From: Candidatus Latescibacterota bacterium
GTDB taxonomy: Bacteria; Latescibacterota; UBA2968
Assembly (NCBI GenBank): GCA_965208125.1
Contig: OZ242320.1
Location: 544,001-608,000 of the forward strand
Length of the DNA stretch: 64,000 bases
Direction of reading: 5' to 3'
Part shown: positions 58,423 through 64,000 of the stretch, piece after piece
How the letters are laid out: each line of letters starts with the position of its first letter
How positions within the stretch are numbered: position 1 is the first letter of the stretch
The notes under the pieces: model-generated
Told to the model about the DNA's origin: nothing
What the model saw: only the letters and a program-made list of their open reading frames with translations
Databases searched by the model: none
Program-made: the position numbers and the translations under genes

Positions 58423-59843
58423 TGATCCAGATGCTCATCAAGAGCAGCACTCAACCGCTGAAAGACCTGGGGAAATTCAGCGGCAACATCATCCCTCTCA
58501 TTGCGTTGCAGATCGAACAGCAACTGGGGACGCTCGCGCTGAAGTCGCTCCGTCTCATCGGACGGCACATGCATCGGTTCGAAGACATTGCCCCCGATGC
58601 GCTTTGCCGGATCATAGCCGCGAACCAGCTTGAAATGCCCGTCGAAGACCATGCGCCAGGCACTCAGGCCAGAAAATACCATGTCTCGATGCCTGCGTGC
58701 GCGGGCACCGAGATAATCGACGAGAGAACGGCTGTCGAGATCACCGCCGGGTGTCAGGCCAGCCCACTCGAGGAAACTGGCGGTCAGGTCCAGTGTCGTC
58801 ATCGGAGCGTCGTCGCGTCCGAAAGCCCTCACGCCCGGACCAGCGATCACCAGCGGAACTCCCACCGAGGCCTGCAGGGGCGACAACTTCTGCCACTGGT
58901 CGTAATCGCCGAGCATCTCGCCGTGGTCGCTGGTGAAGACAATGACCGTGTTGTCGAGATCACTCCTCGCACGCACACGCGCGACAAGACGCCCGAGACA
59001 AGAATCGAGATGTTCGACAGTAGCCGCCCAGTTGCGACGTACCTCCTGGTGCGTCTCGGGCGCGATATCCTCGGTATTAAACACGGGAAGAGGAAACTCC
59101 ACGGACGGCTCGCGGTACCATCGGTGCATTGACTCTGTGATATCCCACGGATGATGGGGATTCTGCAGATTCACCTCCAAATACCACGGCCTGTCGTCGG
59201 GCGCCCGATCCAGAAGGGTGAGCGCATTATTGGTGATCCAGGTATCGAAATACGCATCGTCGGGAAGTGTCGTCGGGAAGGTAGCCGTCCACACACCCTC
59301 CCGGCTTCGGCGCACGTAATCGGCAATGTGCTCCTCTGCCAGGCCGCGCGCGTGCAAAAACGCCATGTACGCATCCTGAGGCACCATCTCATTGTTGCGC
59401 ATCAAAATGGTCGCCTGATTCAGCCCAGCATTGAAAATGGCGTCGGAAAATCCCCATGCCTCCACGCCCTGGCCCCCATCCACACCACAGAGGAATCTGG
59501 CCGGATTCCCCGATTGGTTATTGCCCACATGGTGTTTGCCGGCGCCCATAACGTGGTATCCTGCCTCGTCGCGCAAGCGCAGATGGTACTTGAACATATT
59601 ATCGGGCGCATCAGTGCTATTGCCCCAAACGCGCGTGCGATCGTATTCCTGCCCAGCCACCAGGCAGGCGCGCGACGGGGCGCAAACGGGCGACGGACAG
59701 ATTGCGTTGGCAAGCCAGACACCGCGCTCGGCGAGTTGCCGCAGATGCGGCGTGCGCACCGGAATGTCGGGATTCATTTCGACCCACTCTGGCCTCTGCT
59801 GATCCGTTTGGACAAAAAGTATGTTGGGACGTTTGTCTGGCAT
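58419..59843 (-). CDS. Sulfatase (Cys-type, choline-sulfatase-like)
   Basis: RPNILF..TDQ, CAPSRA, GKHH, PHHP, TSDHGEMLG. Confidence 0.9.
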   Translation of the reverse strand: MPDKRPNILFVQTDQQRPEWVEMNPDIPVRTPHLRQLAERGVWLANAICPSPVCAPSRACLVAGQEYDRTRVWGNSTDAPDNMFKYHLRLRDEAGYHVMGAGKHHVGNNQSGNPARFLCGVDGGQGVEAWGFSDAIFNAGLNQATILMRNNEMVPQDAYMAFLHARGLAEEHIADYVRRSREGVWTATFPTTLPDDAYFDTWITNNALTLLDRAPDDRPWYLEVNLQNPHHPWDITESMHRWYREPSVEFPLPVFNTEDIAPETHQEVRRNWAATVEHLDSCLGRLVARVRARSDLDNTVIVFTSDHGEMLGDYDQWQKLSPLQASVGVPLVIAGPGVRAFGRDDAPMTTLDLTASFLEWAGLTPGGDLDSRSLVDYLGARARRHRDMVFSGLSAWRMVFDGHFKLVRGYDPAKRIGGNVFEPMHVPSDETERLQRERPQLLFDLQRNERDDVAAEFPQVFQRLSAALDEHLDH

Positions 59844-59862
59844 GCGCGTTCACCATTTCTTT

Positions 59863-60039
59863 TTAAAATAACGCTTCTCTACCAAACGTTTCAATATGAA
59901 ACCGAATGGCAGATTTTACATCCGCCAATGCCTCTTCATAAGTATCTCCCTGCCCAACGACTACCCCCTTCAATCCGAGCGGATATCCCACATAACCATC
60001 GGCATATCTCTCAACGATAATTCTAAAATTTTTCATCAT
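59863..60039 (-). CDS. HicB-like (UPF0150) antitoxin domain, 58 aa, missing from the ORF track
   Basis: MMKNFRIIVERYADGYVGYPLGLKGVVVGQGDTYEEALADVKSAIRFHIETFGREALF*; QGDTYEEAL motif; ATGA overlap with upstream gene. Confidence 0.75.
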   Translation of the reverse strand: MMKNFRIIVERYADGYVGYPLGLKGVVVGQGDTYEEALADVKSAIRFHIETFGREALF

Positions 60040-61139
60040 GTTTTATCTCCTATCCCCACCAACACTTCCCGCAACCGTCTCGCGACGATCACATCCTCCC
60101 CCTGCTCCATCATATAGGGCATCACTTCCACGCCGTTTTCATGCGTAAACATTTCAATGCGCGGATCGCCATCTGACAACTGTTGCTGGACCTCCTCTGG
60201 CGCAATCGGCAAAATCGCCTGATCCCAGTGAACCTCCAGAATCGGCGCCACATTAGACCGCCCGGGGTCTCGCACCCGTCTCGTCACCGACGGCAAATCC
60301 GCAACTGCATCGCCAATCACCTGCAACCATCGCTCCCACTCTGCCCACTCGGCATCGTGATCCCGCTGCACCCACTTCTCCACCGCCGCCAGCAGCCCCA
60401 TCACCTCCTCCTTACCCGCCTTCATCGCCCGCCCCAGCGAATGATGCGGCGCGCCATTGGCAAACGCCGCCTGCAAAATATCCTTGCGCCCCAGCACCAA
60501 CCCCGACGACTGGGGACCCCGCAAACACTTGCCCCCACTATAAGCCACAACATCTGCACCCGCTTGCAAATACGCATTGGGCACATCTGGTCGCTCTGCC
60601 GCGGCATCCACAAATACCGGCACACCCTTGCGATGGCAAATCGCCACCACATCTTCAAGCGGAATATCGCTATGATCCGTTTGATCCCCAAAAAACGCAA
60701 ACATCGCCGTACGATCATCAATCGCTAAAGAAAGCGCGTCGTGATCCTCCACCTCCACCATCTCCACCCCCGCCGCCCGAATCGCATGCGTATAAATATG
60801 CAAATGCCCCGGCTGGTACAACACCCGATTCTTCATCCCCGTCGTATCGGGCAATTGCCTGATCTTATTCGGATCATCCCCTGCCACACACGCCGACGTC
60901 ACCTGCGTCAGCGCCGCCGCGCACCCATTTGTCACCAACCCCCACTCGCACTGCATCAACTCGGCGATACGCGCCCCCACCGCATCCATCAACTCATCCA
61001 AATGCACATACGCCTTCGCCGCCTCCATCATCGCCTCGCACACCTCGGGCAACATCAGCGAACCGCTAATAATCGTATATGTCCCGCGACAGTTAATCAG
61101 CGGCCGCACACCAATTGAACGATAAGTAGGAATAGCCAT
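60036..61139 (-). CDS. SelA-like PLP-dependent enzyme (DgaE-related)
   Basis: INCRGT.T..SGS, VDAAAE, YSGGK.L.GPQ..G, GR.MK.GKE. Confidence 0.85.
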   Translation of the reverse strand: MAIPTYRSIGVRPLINCRGTYTIISGSLMLPEVCEAMMEAAKAYVHLDELMDAVGARIAELMQCEWGLVTNGCAAALTQVTSACVAGDDPNKIRQLPDTTGMKNRVLYQPGHLHIYTHAIRAAGVEMVEVEDHDALSLAIDDRTAMFAFFGDQTDHSDIPLEDVVAICHRKGVPVFVDAAAERPDVPNAYLQAGADVVAYSGGKCLRGPQSSGLVLGRKDILQAAFANGAPHHSLGRAMKAGKEEVMGLLAAVEKWVQRDHDAEWAEWERWLQVIGDAVADLPSVTRRVRDPGRSNVAPILEVHWDQAILPIAPEEVQQQLSDGDPRIEMFTHENGVEVMPYMMEQGEDVIVARRLREVLVGIGDKT

Positions 61140-61153
61140 AGTCGCCCTCCACA

Positions 61154-62563
61154 TCAGGCAAAATAGCGCGTGTACAAAATATAAACCGCCAGACCAATCA
61201 TCAGCAAAAAACAGAACCACAACAGCAGATCCGTCTTCAAAGACGGTTTCAGACGCTGATCGAGATGTCTATAGCGCAAATACAGCGTCCCCCCGGCAAT
61301 CAGAGGAAACTTAATCGCCCCAAACAAATGCCCGATAGTCAGCATCCAAACCGGATTTTGAAAAAAGAAATACGCCAGAGAAGTCACCAGAGGGGAAACC
61401 ACCGCCCAAATGCGCAAAATGCGAACCCGGGTCTTGTAATCATTGCGCTCAATCAAACCCATCACAGACATCCCATCCGCAAAAATGCGTACCCCACCCC
61501 CCAGACCGGATATCGCTGTCGAATAAAGCACAAAAAAAGCACCCACCATAAATAACCAGAACGCCCATTCCCCAAGCGTCTGCGTGTACATATTGGAAAG
61601 CACGGGAATCGTCTCCAGGCCATCGGGTTGTTTATTGAGCCGATACAACACCCCCGCGCCCAGCATATAAAACGGAATCGTCGCACAGGTCAGCAACCCC
61701 AGCGTCAAAAGCACATCGGTTTGCATCACCCGAATCCATCCCCTCGCGCGCTGAACCCAGGCAGCGGACTGATCTGCCGGTCCCGAAAAACGCGCATAGC
61801 CCTTTTCCACACACCAATACGTATAAGCCATCTGTTCGCCCGAACCCACCCCGGTTCCCCCATACATCGCCAGCGCGGCCAACAGCGCAAAAACCGGAAA
61901 ACCAAACGTCAGCCCACCGCGCACCTCTTCCCAGGTAATCGCATATTCGGTCAATTGTAGCAAAATAGCGCAGGCGACCGTAATAAACGTAAACATAACC
62001 ACCAGAACCGTCATCAGCTTTTCGAGAAACCGATACGTCCCGGTCAGAATAATCACAGACGCTGTAACAGCCAGAATAACCGTCCACCATTCCGACCCAA
62101 GAGAAGGCAGAGCCATGTGAATCGCCTGACCAGCCCCCCCGTAAATACCACCGCTGATCAACTGCCCGGGAATAATCCAGATCAACCAAAAATAGATATA
62201 CCACGACACCTTCCGCCCGTTAAACGCGGGCAACTTTCCGGGCAATCGGTTAAAAGCGTGCAAAAAAGGTTCGCCAGAAGCAACCGAAAAACGCGCGAGT
62301 TCTGCCTGAACAATATTCTTACTCCAGCAACTCACCAGCACAAACCAGAGCATTGAAAATCCAACAATAGAACCCAAATTCGTCGTCAAAATAATCTCAC
62401 CAGAACCCACCACAGACCCCACCAGGATCAGCCCTGGACCGAGAAACTTCAGCGTACCGCGAAGTCCTTGTGGGGGTTCCTGAACCGCCCGTGGATCCAG
62501 CGCATAGAGATCTGGATTTTCATCTTCTCCCAATGGTTGTACAGTTTTGGATTCTTCTGGCAT
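61154..62563 (-). CDS. Nramp-like/YcsG-type membrane transporter
   Basis: LGPGL…….GSGE.I, about 11 TM, Y.YW..EKG. Confidence 0.75.
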   Translation of the reverse strand: MPEESKTVQPLGEDENPDLYALDPRAVQEPPQGLRGTLKFLGPGLILVGSVVGSGEIILTTNLGSIVGFSMLWFVLVSCWSKNIVQAELARFSVASGEPFLHAFNRLPGKLPAFNGRKVSWYIYFWLIWIIPGQLISGGIYGGAGQAIHMALPSLGSEWWTVILAVTASVIILTGTYRFLEKLMTVLVVMFTFITVACAILLQLTEYAITWEEVRGGLTFGFPVFALLAALAMYGGTGVGSGEQMAYTYWCVEKGYARFSGPADQSAAWVQRARGWIRVMQTDVLLTLGLLTCATIPFYMLGAGVLYRLNKQPDGLETIPVLSNMYTQTLGEWAFWLFMVGAFFVLYSTAISGLGGGVRIFADGMSVMGLIERNDYKTRVRILRIWAVVSPLVTSLAYFFFQNPVWMLTIGHLFGAIKFPLIAGGTLYLRYRHLDQRLKPSLKTDLLLWFCFLLMIGLAVYILYTRYFA

Positions 62564-62593
62564 ATACCCTCCCTTTGAATTAGCTTATCCTGC

Positions 62594-62696
62594 AAAAACA
62601 AAAAGCCACCCGGTATGCACAGCGCATTTTCAGGCAGTCCCATGCCATTGGCACTACTGACGTTGTGCTGCGCGTATGACTCGCGGGTGGTTATTT
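62594..62696. other. Long irregular stem-loop (terminator-like or small structured RNA)
   Basis: Nested stems AGCCACCCG/CGGGTGGTT, GTATGCACAGCGCA/TGTGCTGCGCGTAT, TGCCA/TGGCA; T tract on minus strand. Confidence 0.55.
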
Positions 62697-62714
62697 ACGT
62701 GTCGATTTGAGTAT

Positions 62715-63023
62715 TTAACGGCGGCGACGCGATCTACTGCGTCCACCGCGGCCGGGACGCCTGCTCCCGCCTCCTTGCGTGCTCGGAGGAGGTGGCCCAC
62801 CTGTTCCGGAATCGCGGAATGTAATGCGCCCCCGGTTCAGGTCATAAGGAGAGGTCTCAATCGTGACGGTATCGCCTACAACAATGCGAATATTAAAACG
62901 GCGCATTTTGCCCGACGTATAACCGAGAATCTGATGACCTCCCTCAATCTCAACTTTGTATTGCCCATCGGGCAAAATATCGACAATCGTTCCTTCCAGT
63001 ACAACTTTTTCTTCTTTTGCCAT
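62715..63023 (-). CDS. infA: Translation initiation factor IF-1 with 32-aa C-terminal extension
   Basis: MAKEE…EG….LP…SGKMR…IRI..GD.V..E.SPYDL.RGRITFR. Confidence 0.95.
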   Translation of the reverse strand: MAKEEKVVLEGTIVDILPDGQYKVEIEGGHQILGYTSGKMRRFNIRIVVGDTVTIETSPYDLNRGRITFRDSGTGGPPPPSTQGGGSRRPGRGGRSRSRRRR

Positions 63024-63190
63024 AAAACCTCCAACTATGGGATGGATAAACTCGCCGTTCTTCCTTACACCATTTGGGATGCATAGCTAAAAATAAAGCC
63101 AGCCTTTCAATAAGATATGAGAGAAAATTTATATCGACAAGTATTTTTGACACGCGACCAATTTCCAAATTTTACACCCGAACGCACAAC

Positions 63191-64000
63191 TCAAAAAATG
63201 CGATAGCTCAGAGCAAAAAGAAGACTCTGCCTGAATGGTGACCCTTCTTCTTTGGAAATTTGCTCAATAGCCGTCAAGCTAATTTTATTTTCAATAAAAA
63301 ATGTGAAACTGATATTTGAAAAATGTCTAAACCTCGCATCTTGATCGCGTTTTTTGTTAATGTGCAGTGTATTGGAACTCACAAAGGCAATTCTGTTGGT
63401 AATTTCGTAGATAAAATCGACATTCTGCCGGATATTATACTCTCGCCTGAAATAGTCTCTCTTGAATGGCGTATCCAATTTGAAATCTGTATTGACCTGT
63501 ACCTGCCAACTGATAGGTCGCGAATACCGCATATTAAGAGCCAGAGCAGGAGGAGGACGTTCTATGTCTTTATCCCTGGTCTGTAATTGATACTGAACCC
63601 CCGCATTGACATCCCAACCAAAAAACCGGTCGCTGATCTGCTCCTGTGTAAGTACCTCGCGCATGCGAAAGAGGCCAACAGGACCAATATTACCACCCCC
63701 GGTCACAAGGCCGGTTTTGTCAATTTCACTGCTCATATCTTCGTACCAGTAGTGCAGATAGGTACGATCGCCGTGGATATTGCGGTACTCATCTTCTTTT
63801 TCGATAATTTGCCCAAGTGTGATCATTGTGTCTTTGGGCAGAAAATCGCTAATAACGCCTTCTTCGAACAAAAAGTCTTCGATACGCACGGCTTTGCGCA
63901 GGGCAGTAGCATTGATAAACCGACCATATCCAAGGCCTAAAATGACATCGCTCTGCGGACGATCAAAGCCCTTACGCATCAAAGCATCTGGACTGACAAA
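63191..64000 (-). CDS. Partial outer-membrane beta-barrel-like protein (5' end outside window)
   Basis: Open frame to the window edge; amphipathic beta strands; terminal LSYRIF. Confidence 0.55.
   Translation of the reverse strand, partial: FVSPDALMRKGFDRPQSDVILGLGYGRFINATALRKAVRIEDFLFEEGVISDFLPKDTMITLGQIIEKEDEYRNIHGDRTYLHYWYEDMSSEIDKTGLVTGGGNIGPVGLFRMREVLTQEQISDRFFGWDVNAGVQYQLQTRDKDIERPPPALALNMRYSRPISWQVQVNTDFKLDTPFKRDYFRREYNIRQNVDFIYEITNRIAFVSSNTLHINKKRDQDARFRHFSNISFTFFIENKISLTAIEQISKEEGSPFRQSLLFALSYRIF

Noticed and set aside
60036-61139. Selenocysteine synthase SelA
   Set aside because: Shorter DgaE-like form, with no selB/selC/selD in the window.
1-64000. CRISPR array, tRNA or rRNA genes
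   Set aside because: No regularly spaced repeats, cloverleaf/TPsiC signatures or rRNA-like segments seen; intergenic space is small.

Overview
Bacterial chromosomal window with almost all genes on the minus strand. The gene content (several sulfatases, PhyH dioxygenases, S9 peptidases, a CehA/McbA-like hydrolase, an ankyrin protein, a TonB receptor) resembles marine or sponge-associated diderm heterotrophs such as Latescibacterota/Poribacteria; this is inference only. Layout: (1) 0.2-3.5 kb core genes: DUF2227-like protein, M23 peptidase plus bactofilin, hflX. (2) About 3.5-22.9 kb: a co-oriented array of about 25 small accessory genes (GNATs, APH, AAC(3), ANT-like, streptothricin-acetyltransferase-like, NUDIX, HIT, MTAN-like, dcd, a HigBA-like TA pair). 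It has junction scars, a 62-bp direct repeat, two copies of a 41-bp divergent promoter/att-like module and an intact IS200/IS605 (tnpA+tnpB) whose insertion site can be reconstructed. (3) 23-34.7 kb catabolic enzymes. (4) 34.7-44.3 kb: a candidate lipid head-group synthesis/export cluster (LPG-synthase-TM flippase-like protein, TolC, bifunctional IPCT/DIPPS-like enzyme, MlaC/HpnM-like, MMPL/HpnN-like, an internally duplicated unknown membrane protein, GMC oxidoreductase). (5) 44-64 kb: TPR-parvulin, EamA, sulfatases, iolD, TonB receptor, orphan HicB-like gene, SelA-like PLP enzyme, Nramp-like transporter, infA with an Arg/Gly/Pro tail. No rRNA, tRNA or CRISPR array was seen. All protein calls are from motif recognition by eye; no database searches were run.
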